From: a bacterium
GTDB lineage: Bacteria > JAMCPX01
Direction: 5' to 3'
DNA length: 23,363 nucleotides
Assembly: GCA_037439545.1 (NCBI GenBank)
Contig: JBBIVV010000036.1
Location: 1 to 23,363, forward strand
Position numbers and translations under genes: made by a program. This document shows positions 7,196 to 17,074 of this stretch, piece after piece (the first letter of the stretch is position 1; each line of letters starts with the position of its first letter). Below the pieces are notes generated by a model. It had not been told where the DNA came from and made no database searches. It was given only the letters and a program-made list of their open reading frames with translations.

Positions 7196-8407
7196 TTATT
7201 CGTAGCGCAGCGATTCTATGGGATCGAGCTGTGCCGCCTTATACGCAGGGTATACGCCGAAAAAGATGCCGACAAAAGCAGAGAAGAAAAAAGCGACCAG
7301 CACCGACCACAAAGTAATACTTATATGAAAGCCGCTGATCATGGACTGGATCATAAATCCGCCTGCAATGCCGATCAGGATGCCGATGACGCCGCCGGTG
7401 GAACTGAGGGTCGCAGACTCTATGAGAAACTGGATGAGTATGTCCCGGTGTGTTGCACCGACAGCCTTCCTCAGACCTATCTCTCGCGTCCGTTCCTTTA
7501 TGGATACAAGCATGATGTTCATGATGCCTATGCCGCCGACAAGCAGCGATATGGCTGCTATACCGCCGAGAATGACGGTCATCATATTCATTATGGTGTC
7601 AACGGTGGACAACATCGAGTCCTGCGTTATGACCGTAAAATCCTCATTGTTGTTGTGCTGCCTTTTTAATATTTCTATGGACTGCTTTACCGCATCATCG
7701 ACGGCATCCTTGGAGCGTGCCCTTACCCTTATGCCAAAGAGGCTGTCTGTATTGAAAAGCTTCTCCGATGCTTTTGCAGGTATATAAACAAGGTCATCCA
7801 TATCGAACCCGAGAGACTGTCCTTTTTTTTCCATGACTCCAATGACCCTGAAATAAAAATTACCGAGTTTAACGATCTTGCCGAGCGGGTTTTTATTGGC
7901 AAACAGCACCTTCCATATATTATAACCGAGCACGCATATATTTCTGCCGGCATCACTCTGTTCTTTAGATATGAAACCCCCGATTTGCGGCTCTATATTT
8001 ATTATTCTTGTAAACTGTTCGTTAGTGCCGAGAACGGTCGTATCGGCATGTGCATCATGATACTTCACGATCAAAGCCCCGAGCAGCATCGGAAATACGC
8101 CGTCGGCATACGTCGATTCTCTCTGTAAAGCCCTGACGTCGGACAGAGTGAGCTTGTGCGTGGAAGCTATACCGGCAACAGGAAAGTTCCCGCCTTTTGT
8201 CTGTATCTTGCCCGGCTGTATGATGATCAGATTGGTTCCAAGTCCGGTAAACTTCTCAAGGATGTATTGTTTTGCGCCGACTGCCATGGAGACGAGCAGT
8301 ATTACCGCGGCAACGCCTATGATGACGCCGAGCATGGTCAATGCAGATCGCATCTTGTTGCTCAATAAAGCTTCAAAGGCAGTAAAGATGTAGGTAAGGC
8401 TGTTCAT
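7196..8407 (-). CDS. MacB/FtsX-family ABC exporter permease
   Basis: [17 protein letters not shown], a large periplasmic domain, [28 protein letters not shown] and [20 protein letters not shown]. Confidence 0.93.
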   Translation of the reverse strand: MNSLTYIFTAFEALLSNKMRSALTMLGVIIGVAAVILLVSMAVGAKQYILEKFTGLGTNLIIIQPGKIQTKGGNFPVAGIASTHKLTLSDVRALQRESTYADGVFPMLLGALIVKYHDAHADTTVLGTNEQFTRIINIEPQIGGFISKEQSDAGRNICVLGYNIWKVLFANKNPLGKIVKLGNFYFRVIGVMEKKGQSLGFDMDDLVYIPAKASEKLFNTDSLFGIRVRARSKDAVDDAVKQSIEILKRQHNNNEDFTVITQDSMLSTVDTIMNMMTVILGGIAAISLLVGGIGIMNIMLVSIKERTREIGLRKAVGATHRDILIQFLIESATLSSTGGVIGILIGIAGGFMIQSMISGFHISITLWSVLVAFFFSAFVGIFFGVYPAYKAAQLDPIESLRYE

Positions 8408-9075
8408 GAATTCCGGACAATGGAGCCGTCAAGGATTTTTATTACTCTGTTCGCCTGCTGGGCTATGAACGGGTCATGTGTTATAAGAATTATGGTCACC
8501 TTCATCTGTTCATTGAGATTTTTGAAAATGGATATGATCTCCTTGCCTGATTTTGTATCAAGGTTGCCGGTCGGCTCATCTGCAAGTATAATGTCCGGTT
8601 CATTGACAATCGCCCGTGCTATGGCAATGCGTTGCTGCTGTCCGCCGGACAGTTGCGACGGCCTGTGGAACATCCTGTCGCCCAGTCCGACATTTATCAG
8701 CGATTCCTTCGCCCTTCTCTCCATTTCCGCGCTTTCAATGCCCGCGTACAGCAAGGGGATGGAAACATTTTTGACGGCATTGTACCTCGGCAAAAGATTG
8801 AACATCTGGAACACAAAGCCTATCTGTTTGTTCCTAATATGCGCGAGCTCTTTGTCGGAATAATCCGACACCTGTTTGCCGTTCAGAATGTATTTTCCTC
8901 TCGTGGGCCTGTCAAGACACCCGATGATATTCATGAGCGTGGATTTACCGGATCCTGACGGGCCCATGATAGAAATGTATTCACCTTTCTCTATACGTAC
9001 ATTGATATCCCTTAACGCAGCCACCTCTATGGAATCCATACTGTACACTTTCCATACAGACTGCATCTCAATCAT
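8404..9075 (-). CDS. ABC transporter ATP-binding protein (MacB/LolD-like)
   Basis: Walker [10 protein letters not shown], signature LSGGQQQR, Walker [12 protein letters not shown] and H-loop ITHD. Translationally coupled to both neighbours. Confidence 0.95.
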   Translation of the reverse strand: MIEMQSVWKVYSMDSIEVAALRDINVRIEKGEYISIMGPSGSGKSTLMNIIGCLDRPTRGKYILNGKQVSDYSDKELAHIRNKQIGFVFQMFNLLPRYNAVKNVSIPLLYAGIESAEMERRAKESLINVGLGDRMFHRPSQLSGGQQQRIAIARAIVNEPDIILADEPTGNLDTKSGKEIISIFKNLNEQMKVTIILITHDPFIAQQANRVIKILDGSIVRNS

Positions 9076-10117
9076 GCGGAGAGACCCTCATACCTTCTTT
9101 CAGGGAATAAGTGTCGGACGGCAGGATCACCTGCGCGCCCGGATTGAGACCTTTCGTAATGACCGTATTGTCCCAGTTCGAGATGCCGGTCTGCACATCT
9201 GCCTTTTCAGCCTTATGGTTATCGATAATCCAGACGAATTTATTGTTGCTGTTGGATGCCGATTCCTGGAGTGTATAGGTCGGGATGTAAAGGGCGTTTT
9301 TCGTAACATTGACAATGATCTCTACATCGGCAGACATGCCTATGCGGATATCATGAATATGCGGGAGAGATATTTTGGCTTCTATCGTTCTGTTCAGATC
9401 AAGGGCTGTCGAAACGGCGGGAGACACTTCGATAACCCTGCCGTTGAAGACCTGATCAGGGAATGCATCAAAGGTAATACGGGCTTTTTGTCCGTTTTCG
9501 ATCATACCGGAATCAACCTCGTCAAAGGGTGCTTTTATATGATAAGAGCTGTCGTCAATGATTTGAACAAGAAGCCCGTATTGCTGCAGCGCAGAAGAAC
9601 CGCCGGACAACAGGCCATTGCCGCCAAGAGGAAATTCGCCGAGATGTGCATTCAACTGGGTTATGATACCGGGAATCGGCGCCTTAATAAGAGATTGATC
9701 GTATCGCGCGACCGCTGCCTGATAAGCATACATTGCCGTATCCAATGCTGCTTTTGATATTGCGTGAGAGGCGAATAATTTCTTTGCCCTTGCATAGACT
9801 TCCTGCGTATTGGCGAGATCCACCTTTACCAGCGCGTTGTCCATGGTCAGTATGACATCGCCCTTTTTCACGCGATCCCCGTTCTGAAAATAAATGTGCG
9901 TTATTGCGCCGGGATACTGGGACATCATGTTCGCTTTTTCCGCAGGCTCTACGGTCCCCGATGAGGTTGAGCTTACGATCTGTTCAACGCTGCCGATTTT
10001 AGCGGCAACGGTATTTACCACCGCCGGTTTTTTGGCGGACAGCTTTCCTACAATAACAATAATAATAACAACGGATACTCCTATCATAGGAATAAGCCGG
10101 GTCTTTCTTAATGCCAT
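9068..10117 (-). CDS. Efflux periplasmic adaptor / membrane fusion protein (MacA-like); start at 10117 or 10126
   Basis: N-terminal TM, lipoyl-like halves (GDRVKKGD; IKAPIPGII), alpha-hairpin, GMSADVEI and LYIP. Confidence 0.88.
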   Translation of the reverse strand: MALRKTRLIPMIGVSVVIIIVIVGKLSAKKPAVVNTVAAKIGSVEQIVSSTSSGTVEPAEKANMMSQYPGAITHIYFQNGDRVKKGDVILTMDNALVKVDLANTQEVYARAKKLFASHAISKAALDTAMYAYQAAVARYDQSLIKAPIPGIITQLNAHLGEFPLGGNGLLSGGSSALQQYGLLVQIIDDSSYHIKAPFDEVDSGMIENGQKARITFDAFPDQVFNGRVIEVSPAVSTALDLNRTIEAKISLPHIHDIRIGMSADVEIIVNVTKNALYIPTYTLQESASNSNNKFVWIIDNHKAEKADVQTGISNWDNTVITKGLNPGAQVILPSDTYSLKEGMRVSPHD

Positions 10118-10124
10118 GGATAGC

Positions 10125-10154
10125 ATCTTAATAAGAATTTATAAAAAATATCAA
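10125..10154 (-). promoter_or_regulatory. Predicted sigma70 promoter of the efflux operon (near-leaderless)
   Basis: Minus strand TTGATA (10154-10149), 18 nt, TAAGAT (10130-10125), then 7 nt to ATG 10117. Confidence 0.45.
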
Positions 10155-10213
10155 GCTGATATGAAGGTGCGTACGGTTTTTTCATTCACGCAAAGACAGG
10201 TGCAGGACTTTGT

Positions 10214-10242
10214 TTGACATTACACCCTCGAAAGGATAAATT
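10214..10242 (+). promoter_or_regulatory. sigma70 promoter of secA
   Basis: TTGACA (10214-10219), 17 nt, TAAATT (10237-10242). SD-like GAAGGTGG precedes the ATG. Confidence 0.65.
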
Positions 10243-10271
10243 TAATCATAAAATTCAGAAGGTGGCAGATA

Positions 10272-12950
10272 ATGTTTGATACGATTTTAAAAAAAATAGC
10301 AGGCTCAAAAAATGAGCGGGATTTGAAGAAGATCGAATATTTAGTCGATGAAATCAACATGTTTGAGTCTTCCCTGTCCGCGCTCTCGGACAGCGATTTA
10401 AAGTCAAAGACACCGGAACTCAAAAAGAGGGTCGTCAACGGTGAGCCCCTGGACGACATCCTTACAGAAGCATTCGCTGTCGTAAGGGAGGCATCAAAGC
10501 GTACGGTACACATGCGGCATTTCGATGCCCAGCTCCTCGGCGGAGTCGTCCTTCACAGCGGCCGCATCTCTGAAATGAAAACAGGCGAGGGCAAAACACT
10601 TGTCGCAACGCTTCCGGCGTACCTCAATGCGCTGGGAGGGAAAGGCGTGCATATCGTTACGGTCAACGACTACCTTGCGAAACGTGACGCAGAATGGATG
10701 GGCGAGATATACAAATTCCTTGGACTCACGGCAGGTGTTATTGTCCATGATCTCGATGACCGGCAAAGGCAGGAGGCTTACAACTCCGACATTACGTATG
10801 GGACAAACAACGAGTTCGGGTTTGACTATCTTAGAGACAACATGAAATTCAACCTGAGCGAGATGGTTCAGAGAGACTTGAACTATGCGATAGTCGATGA
10901 GGTCGACAGCATATTGATAGATGAGGCTAGGACCCCGCTGATCATATCCGGACAGTCGGAAGAATCGACAGGCAAGTACTATACCATAGACAAGATCATT
11001 CCAAAATTGAAAAAGGACGATGATTATACCATTGATGAGAAGCAGAAGAATGCCATCCTGACAGAACCAGGCGCTCTGACGGTCGAACGCTTGCTCGGCA
11101 TAAAGAATATCTTTGAGCCTTCTCAAATGGAAACGCTCCATCATGTCAATCAGGCTTTAAAGGCGCACATTATTTTTAAGCTGGATGTGGATTATGTGGT
11201 CAAAGAGGGAGAGGTTATCATCGTAGACGAGTTTACGGGGAGACTTATGCCCGGCAGGAGATGGAGTGACGGACTGCATCAGGCTATAGAGGCAAAAGAA
11301 GGCGTGAGGATAGAGAACGAGAACCAGACCCTTGCAACGATAACATTTCAGAACTATTTCAGGATGTACAACAAGCTTGCGGGTATGACCGGTACCGCGG
11401 ATACCGAGGCATCGGAGTTCAAAAAGATATACAAACTGGAAGTCAATATAATACCGACCAACCTGCCCATGATCCGCACTGATCATCATGACATGATTTA
11501 CAGGACACAGAAAGAAAAGTTCGATGCCGTGATAGAGGAGATCATAAAACTGAATGGCGAGGGCAGGCCGGTGCTTGTGGGCACCATTTCAATAGAAAAG
11601 TCGGAGATCCTGAGCAGGATGCTGACGAAGCGGGGCATAAAACACCATGTGCTGAATGCAAAGCACCATGAAAAAGAGGCCATGATCATTGCCCAGGCCG
11701 GCAGAAAAGGGGCGGTAACAATAGCAACGAACATGGCGGGAAGAGGCGTCGACATACTGCTCGGCGGTAACCCGGAATTCATGGTAAAGGAAAAGATCAG
11801 ATCGGGCGAAGTAAAAGAGGAAGACTATCAAAGGCTTTACGAAATCGCAAAACAACAATGCGATAAAGAGAAAAAGGATGTCATTGAGGCAGGAGGCCTG
11901 CACATCGTAGGTACGGAGAGGCACGAGGCGAGACGAATAGACAACCAGTTACGGGGAAGATCCGGCAGACAGGGCGATCCGGGCTCATCGAGGTTTTATA
12001 TGTCTCTGGACGACGATCTGCTCAGGCGGTTCGGCTCTGAACGTATAGCATCCTTTATGCAGAGGATAGGTATGCAAGAAGGTGAACCGATTACGCACCC
12101 CTGGATATCGAAGGCAATTGAAAATGCCCAGAAAAAGGTCGAAGAGCATAACTTTGAAATAAGGAAACAGCTCCTTGAATATGACGATGTCATGAACAAG
12201 CAGAGAGAAGTCATCTATGCGAGGAGAAAAGAGGTATTGAACGGCGAAAAGCTCGAAGAGCTTATTACGGAGATGACCGATCAGACCATAGACGATATAC
12301 TTCACAAACATATAGAGGATCCCCAGAGACCCGAGGAATGGGATTTCAATGCCATGAATAGCGCACTTGACGGCATGCTTTCATTGAAAATAGAGCTGCC
12401 CGGTGACAAGAAAAACGACATAACTGCATTTGAGCTGAAAGACATGCTTACCCGTCAGGGACAAGAGCGCATACAGGAAAAGAAAAAAGCGCTTACGGAT
12501 GTCTCATTTACAGAGCTGGTAAGGTTTATCTTCCTTCAGGTGCTTGACAGCAACTGGAAGGACTTCCTCCTTAATATGGATCATCTCAAAGAAGGTATCG
12601 GATTGAGGGGATATGCACAGAAAGACCCTCTTATTGAATATAAAAAAGAAGCATTCGACATGTTCCAGAAGATGTTGAATCAGGTGAGGGAAGAGTCACT
12701 TACAAGGCTTTACAAGATCCAGATAAAGGAAAAAAATGAGCAAAAGCTGGTACAGCACCAGCATGCCCCGTTAAAATTCAATTTGAACCTGAGTCAGGCT
12801 GCAGGGATGTCTGCGGCACAAGCACCGCCCGTACCCCAGGGACAGGGTGTGACCGAACCGATAAGAAGAGAAAAAAAGATCGGCAGGAACGACCCTTGCT
12901 GGTGTGGAAGCGGCAAAAAGTACAAAAACTGCCACGGAAAAAACGAATAA
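10272..12950 (+). CDS. secA: Preprotein translocase ATPase SecA
   Basis: [53 protein letters not shown] and a C-terminal SEC-C motif [18 protein letters not shown]. Confidence 0.99.
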   Translation: MFDTILKKIAGSKNERDLKKIEYLVDEINMFESSLSALSDSDLKSKTPELKKRVVNGEPLDDILTEAFAVVREASKRTVHMRHFDAQLLGGVVLHSGRISEMKTGEGKTLVATLPAYLNALGGKGVHIVTVNDYLAKRDAEWMGEIYKFLGLTAGVIVHDLDDRQRQEAYNSDITYGTNNEFGFDYLRDNMKFNLSEMVQRDLNYAIVDEVDSILIDEARTPLIISGQSEESTGKYYTIDKIIPKLKKDDDYTIDEKQKNAILTEPGALTVERLLGIKNIFEPSQMETLHHVNQALKAHIIFKLDVDYVVKEGEVIIVDEFTGRLMPGRRWSDGLHQAIEAKEGVRIENENQTLATITFQNYFRMYNKLAGMTGTADTEASEFKKIYKLEVNIIPTNLPMIRTDHHDMIYRTQKEKFDAVIEEIIKLNGEGRPVLVGTISIEKSEILSRMLTKRGIKHHVLNAKHHEKEAMIIAQAGRKGAVTIATNMAGRGVDILLGGNPEFMVKEKIRSGEVKEEDYQRLYEIAKQQCDKEKKDVIEAGGLHIVGTERHEARRIDNQLRGRSGRQGDPGSSRFYMSLDDDLLRRFGSERIASFMQRIGMQEGEPITHPWISKAIENAQKKVEEHNFEIRKQLLEYDDVMNKQREVIYARRKEVLNGEKLEELITEMTDQTIDDILHKHIEDPQRPEEWDFNAMNSALDGMLSLKIELPGDKKNDITAFELKDMLTRQGQERIQEKKKALTDVSFTELVRFIFLQVLDSNWKDFLLNMDHLKEGIGLRGYAQKDPLIEYKKEAFDMFQKMLNQVREESLTRLYKIQIKEKNEQKLVQHQHAPLKFNLNLSQAAGMSAAQAPPVPQGQGVTEPIRREKKIGRNDPCWCGSGKKYKNCHGKNE

Positions 12951-12971
12951 GCACACTCCATGAGAGTGGAA

Positions 12972-13012
12972 GAAAAAATAACAGGGACGATCGAAGAGAT
13001 TGTCCCTGTTTC
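12972..13012. terminator. Intrinsic terminator hairpin between convergent secA and atpE (probably bidirectional)
   Basis: Stem AACAGGGACGATC / GATTGTCCCTGTT (12980-13010) with a 5-nt loop. The A-tract on the left gives a U-tail on the minus strand. Confidence 0.75.
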
Positions 13013-13022
13013 TAATTCACTT

Positions 13023-13352
13023 TTAGATCTTTCCCTGGAGCAGAAATGCTATAACAAAGGCGTAAATGACAAGGGATTCAATAAGCGCAAGACCGATGAT
13101 CATCGGTGTTACTATCTTACCCGATGCTCCCGGGTTCCTTGCAATGCCGTCAAGGGCCGATGAGATGGATCTGCCCTGACCGAGTGCTCCACCGAATGCA
13201 GCGATTGCAATGCCGATACCGCTGGCAATGGCAAGCCATGCCTTCATACCGGTATCCTGGGGCTGAGCAGCAGCACCTTCAGCAAATGCAGGTATTGCTA
13301 TAAGCACCAACAGTATCGTTGATGTTGCCATACTTAAAAATCTTTTTAACAT
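13023..13352 (-). CDS. atpE: ATP synthase Fo subunit c, with N-terminal signal-like extension
   Basis: GIGIAIAAFGGALGQG, loop ARNP, ion-binding Glu in LALIESLVIY. SD AAGGAGG. Confidence 0.97.
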   Translation of the reverse strand: MLKRFLSMATSTILLVLIAIPAFAEGAAAQPQDTGMKAWLAIASGIGIAIAAFGGALGQGRSISSALDGIARNPGASGKIVTPMIIGLALIESLVIYAFVIAFLLQGKI

Positions 13353-13373
13353 CTTTTATCCTCCTTTTTATAT

Positions 13374-14078
13374 TTAATGTTCTTCTTCGTGTTCATGCGC
13401 AACTGCGAGAGCGATGTAAATCGCACTGAGAATTGAAAATACCAGTGCCTGTATGAACGAGACGAATATGCCGAGTATCATAAAGAATATCGGCACAATC
13501 AAGGGCAGCAGGTGCGAGAATATGGTCAGTGCCGTATGATCGCCGAGCATATTGGCAAAAAGCCTCAGAGAAAGTGATACGGGCCTGACAAGGTTGCTGA
13601 TAATTTCCACGATGAGCATGATGGGCGCAAGGAGCCATATCGGGCCCATAAAATGCTTTACATATTTTATACCGTGAGCCTTGAACCCGAAATAATTGTA
13701 AGCTATGAATACCGTTATTGCCATTGCTGCATTAGTGTTCAGGCTGTCTGTCGGCGGGACCATGCCCGGTATAACGCCCCAGAGGTTGGAAATGAAGACC
13801 AGTATAAACAGTGTGCCTATTAAAGAAAGATACCTCTCCGGTTCATCGGGGATTACCGAAGCTGTAAAACTGTATAATGCCTCATAGATCATATCGAACA
13901 GCGAAAAAAGAGTAAAGCCTTCATCGGGCACCTCGGGGTAATCCCTTTTTTTGAGCGTTCGTGTTACTAAAAGTGCACAGGTTACCAGCCCGATTCCGGC
14001 CAATGCATAGGTTATTATAAAAGTCGGGACCTCTTTCAATCCCGGAATAAAGCTGAACCACGTCAATTGTTCATGCAT
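13374..14078 (-). CDS. atpB: ATP synthase Fo subunit a
   Basis: SNLWGVIPG..PPT, RPVSLSLRLFANM (essential Arg) and IQALVF. SD AAGGAG spacing favours ATG 14078 over 14084. Confidence 0.96.
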   Translation of the reverse strand: MHEQLTWFSFIPGLKEVPTFIITYALAGIGLVTCALLVTRTLKKRDYPEVPDEGFTLFSLFDMIYEALYSFTASVIPDEPERYLSLIGTLFILVFISNLWGVIPGMVPPTDSLNTNAAMAITVFIAYNYFGFKAHGIKYVKHFMGPIWLLAPIMLIVEIISNLVRPVSLSLRLFANMLGDHTALTIFSHLLPLIVPIFFMILGIFVSFIQALVFSILSAIYIALAVAHEHEEEH

Positions 14079-14508
14079 TGTCATGTCTCCTTAACATTAA
14101 AAATATTCCCATCATCATAATACTTACCGGCAGTATTGTTATTCCAACGACAAACGGTACTGGATGGAGCTTGATTATTACTATTGCTATATAGAGAGTT
14201 GTCAACAAAAATGCATATTTTAGTATAAGAAGGAATAAGAAGACAGGCTGTGTGCCTTTTGCCGGAGGCTTTCCTTCGTAGTCCGGGGAGATGACGGATT
14301 CATGACCGGGCTCAGGTTCAGCCTCTGCTTGAGTACGTCCGAACAATGCCGTCAATGCTTTACCGAGTAAAAGCACATTTATGAACATAATACCTGCACC
14401 GGCAAGGAATGCAGCAATACGCTTCAGGTCGGGGTAAAAAAATGGTATACCTGCTGCAAGCAGGAACATGCCGGTTATGATCCATATCTTATATATGCTG
14501 TTCGTCAT
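14071..14508 (-). CDS. atpI: ATP synthase subunit I (AtpI-like membrane protein)
   Basis: Four-TM protein directly upstream of atpB. ATG 14508 overlaps the upstream stop (ATGA). Contains the ILKY..L and FVVG pattern. Confidence 0.7.
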   Translation of the reverse strand: MTNSIYKIWIITGMFLLAAGIPFFYPDLKRIAAFLAGAGIMFINVLLLGKALTALFGRTQAEAEPEPGHESVISPDYEGKPPAKGTQPVFLFLLILKYAFLLTTLYIAIVIIKLHPVPFVVGITILPVSIMMMGIFLMLRRHDNA

Positions 14509-14720
14509 TTCTTGTTCGATCCTACAATCTTTCCTATTTCTGTTAATCTCAATATACTTGCAACAAACCCGAGGCAGGTGAATACAAGCGTAAGCCACGG
14601 TGTCGTTCCGAAGTATTTATCCGCGTAATAGCCGATAAAAATACCCACGACGACAGACAATCCGGCCTCAATGCTGAGGGCAAAGATCGTTGCTGTCTGT
14701 TTCATGTTAAAGCCTGACAA
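14505..14720 (-). CDS. atpZ: AtpZ/AtpI-family small membrane protein (start TTG 14720 or ATG 14705)
   Basis: GIFIGYYADKYFGTTPW..L.F..LG motif, typical of the first small gene of atp operons. Confidence 0.8.
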   Translation of the reverse strand: MSGFNMKQTATIFALSIEAGLSVVVGIFIGYYADKYFGTTPWLTLVFTCLGFVASILRLTEIGKIVGSNKK

Positions 14721-14780
14721 AGTAATTATCTCGCTATCATGGCATTAAATTTGTAGTCAAATGAATTGACGAAAAGAGTA

Positions 14781-15080
14781 TTAATTCGAATTTTCTTTGA
14801 TGAACTTGTCGAGCTCTTGCTTGTCCGGTTCCTGTGCGCTCCCTGCGGGTTTCTGTTTTTTCTCCGGGGATGCTTCCGTCTTTCGGGGTTCCTGATTTTT
14901 CTGCTTGTTCAGCAGGTTAAATTCATTTTTAAGCTCGATTGTTTTTTGTTTAAGGTCTTCTATCTTTTGCGGGTTTTTAAGCTTTATTTCCATTGAATTG
15001 TTCTTGAAACTTACCCTGAGAAAATAGATCATGGCAAGAACGAGCAGCAGAAGAATAATGTATTTAATAATTTTCAGCAT
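14781..15080 (-). CDS. Hypothetical single-pass membrane protein (99 aa)
   Basis: ATG 15080 lies 4 nt after the helicase stop. N-terminal TM IILLLLVLAMIYF, Lys/Glu-rich coil and C-terminal DKQELDKFIKEN helix. Confidence 0.65.
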   Translation of the reverse strand: MLKIIKYIILLLLVLAMIYFLRVSFKNNSMEIKLKNPQKIEDLKQKTIELKNEFNLLNKQKNQEPRKTEASPEKKQKPAGSAQEPDKQELDKFIKENSN

Positions 15081-15084
15081 AGTT

Positions 15085-17073
15085 TCATTCCCGTGTCTCG
15101 TAGGCATAAGAAGGCAGTTCCCTTATAAATCTTGAAGGCTTTAATAATGCATTGCTATAACTTCCCCTTTCCGGCAGCCATTCCTGATAGCACAGATAAA
15201 GCCTGTCTTTCGCCCTTGTAGCGGCAACATAGAACAACCTCCGCTCTTCTTCCATCGCATCATTGTTTGCCTCTGCACTCCCGATCCGGTCGTCGTTCTT
15301 CGAGGTTCTTATGACAGGGAACTTACCGTCAACGAGCCATGGTATGAAAACGAGTTTCCATTCCAGCCCCTTTGCCTGGTGAATGCTCGAAAGGACAACG
15401 CACTCTTTTTCGGCTTCCTCTGTGCCCGGGGATACGACGGTTGCTACCAGTGCCATTTCACTGAGGAATTCCGTCGCAGTCTTGAATCTCGTCGAATAGT
15501 TTATCAGTTGTTTTATATCCTCAAGACGTGACTCAAAGTTAGTATATGCGAATTTCATGTATTCCTCGTACTCTGATTCAAGTATCATAAGCAGCATGTC
15601 GGACGGCAGTTTTTCATCCGTTTTGATGTCCGATAACAGAGCGATGAGGTGAAAAAAATCGAGAAAAGGCTTCTTTGCCTTTGAGGAAAGCTCCTCCATT
15701 ATTTCATTTTTGCCGAGGAAAGGTATGCTATAATTATTTTGTGCAAAGGCATCCCACAGATGGCCCGCTGTTTTTATGCCTATCCCGGGATATAATTTCA
15801 ATGCCCTTTTGAATGCAAGCTCATCTTTCGGATTATTTATAAATCTGAGGAAACTGAGGATGTCCTTGATGTGTGCTTGTTCAAAGAACCTGACCCCGGA
15901 CCTCACTTCATAAGGTATGCCGAGTCTCGTGAGTTCCATCTGTATTTCCATTGAATGGTAATGCGATCGGTAAAGCACGGCGATATCGGTAAGATTTACA
16001 TCCGCGGCAAGTATTTGTTTTGCTATAAAACTTGCCTGCTCCTCCGTATTGGCGAATTTTACGATGACGGGTAAAACTCCCGCACCCCTCGTTGCCGTTA
16101 AATATTTCAGATATTGTTTTTTATTTCTCATGATGCTTGCATTTGCGAGATCGAGGATTGCCTGAGTACTTCTGTAGTTTGTCTGGAGCTTGTGCACAAC
16201 TGCATTGGGGTAACGGTCGGTAAATCCGAATATGTTTTCATAATGTGCGCCGCGAAATGCATATATCGATTGTGCATCATCGCCGACAACCATAATGTTT
16301 CCGTGTTTCTCGGCTATGATGTCGACAATATCGGCCTGTAACTTGCTCGTATCCTGATACTCATCCACGAGTATGTGCTTGAAATGCTCCGAATAATGCC
16401 CGCACACGTCCTTATGTTCGAGCAGGAGCTGCTTGAGAAAAAGAAGCAGGTCGTCAAAATCAAGCGCATTGAGGTTCCTCTTCCTGCGGGTTATGTGCTC
16501 GCTTATCAGTATCAGATCATCTATGGATTCAGACAAATACGGAAACCGGTCAATCACGACCTTGTCCACGCCCGCAGAGATGTTTACCGCAAGGCTGAGT
16601 ATCGCGGATACCGTCGTGGGCTTCGGAAAACGCTTATTATCATTCAACCCGAATTCCGTTATGGTCATGGAAACAAGATCGGTCCTGTCTTCCTCGTCGA
16701 GTATCGTATAATTATTTTTAAATCCAAGCAGGCCTATGTGTCTCCGTAAGATAAGATTTGCGATATGATGGAATGTTCCGCCCCACACACCTGTGCTGTC
16801 CATGGACAGAAGCCTCTCCACCCTTGACAGCATCTCTTTTGCCGCTTTATTGGTAAAGGTAACAAGCAAAATGCTGGCAGGCGGGATTCCATCCTGGACA
16901 AGTTTTGCAACCCTGTAGATAAGGGTCCTTGTTTTACCGCTGCCAGCACCTGCTATCACAAGGCATGGACCGCCTTGCGACAGAACTACTTTAAGTTGTT
17001 CCTCATTCAGTTCTTTCTCAAAGTCTATACTGTGATTAAAATACGTGTCTTTTAAAAGGTGTTCTCTGTACAC
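15085..17073 (-). CDS. UvrD/PcrA/Rep family SF1 DNA helicase
   Basis: AGAGSGKT, TFTNKAA, VDEYQD, VGDDAQSIYAFRGA, NYRST, SIHQAKGLEW and EERRLFYVAATRAK. GTG start. Confidence 0.95.
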   Translation of the reverse strand: MYREHLLKDTYFNHSIDFEKELNEEQLKVVLSQGGPCLVIAGAGSGKTRTLIYRVAKLVQDGIPPASILLVTFTNKAAKEMLSRVERLLSMDSTGVWGGTFHHIANLILRRHIGLLGFKNNYTILDEEDRTDLVSMTITEFGLNDNKRFPKPTTVSAILSLAVNISAGVDKVVIDRFPYLSESIDDLILISEHITRRKRNLNALDFDDLLLFLKQLLLEHKDVCGHYSEHFKHILVDEYQDTSKLQADIVDIIAEKHGNIMVVGDDAQSIYAFRGAHYENIFGFTDRYPNAVVHKLQTNYRSTQAILDLANASIMRNKKQYLKYLTATRGAGVLPVIVKFANTEEQASFIAKQILAADVNLTDIAVLYRSHYHSMEIQMELTRLGIPYEVRSGVRFFEQAHIKDILSFLRFINNPKDELAFKRALKLYPGIGIKTAGHLWDAFAQNNYSIPFLGKNEIMEELSSKAKKPFLDFFHLIALLSDIKTDEKLPSDMLLMILESEYEEYMKFAYTNFESRLEDIKQLINYSTRFKTATEFLSEMALVATVVSPGTEEAEKECVVLSSIHQAKGLEWKLVFIPWLVDGKFPVIRTSKNDDRIGSAEANNDAMEEERRLFYVAATRAKDRLYLCYQEWLPERGSYSNALLKPSRFIRELPSYAYETRE

Positions 17074-17074
17074 A

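Noticed and set aside
7134..7197. Possible terminator between the convergent CoA-transferase and MacB genes
   Set aside because: A- and T-tracts flank it, but the stem (AGCG-GAGCCG / CGGTTT-CA-CGCT) is bulged with a long loop, too weak to call.
8876..9757. 293-aa plus-strand ORF (and similar 100-216 aa ORFs opposite secA, macB, the helicase, the foldase and htpX)
   Set aside because: Antisense shadows of well-supported genes with no recognisable motifs or RBS.
10051..10072. AAT/AAC trinucleotide run
   Set aside because: It simply encodes the Ile/Val-rich TM helix of the efflux adaptor and is not a contingency repeat.
12960..13163. 67-aa plus-strand ORF after secA
   Set aside because: It runs through the terminator hairpin and is antisense to atpE.
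14509..14598. Cys-rich N-terminal extension of the 175-aa atpI ORF
   Set aside because: It overlaps atpZ out of frame. The ATGA overlap at 14505-14508 marks the likely start.
14725..14760. TTGACT -35-like hexamer upstream of atpZ (and TTGACA at 18190-18195 upstream of the foldase)
   Set aside because: No convincing -10 at 16-18 nt spacing, so no promoter was called.
15085..17073. UvrD-like helicase as part of an anti-phage system (e.g. Gabija)
   Set aside because: No adjacent nuclease/ATPase partner, and the context is housekeeping.
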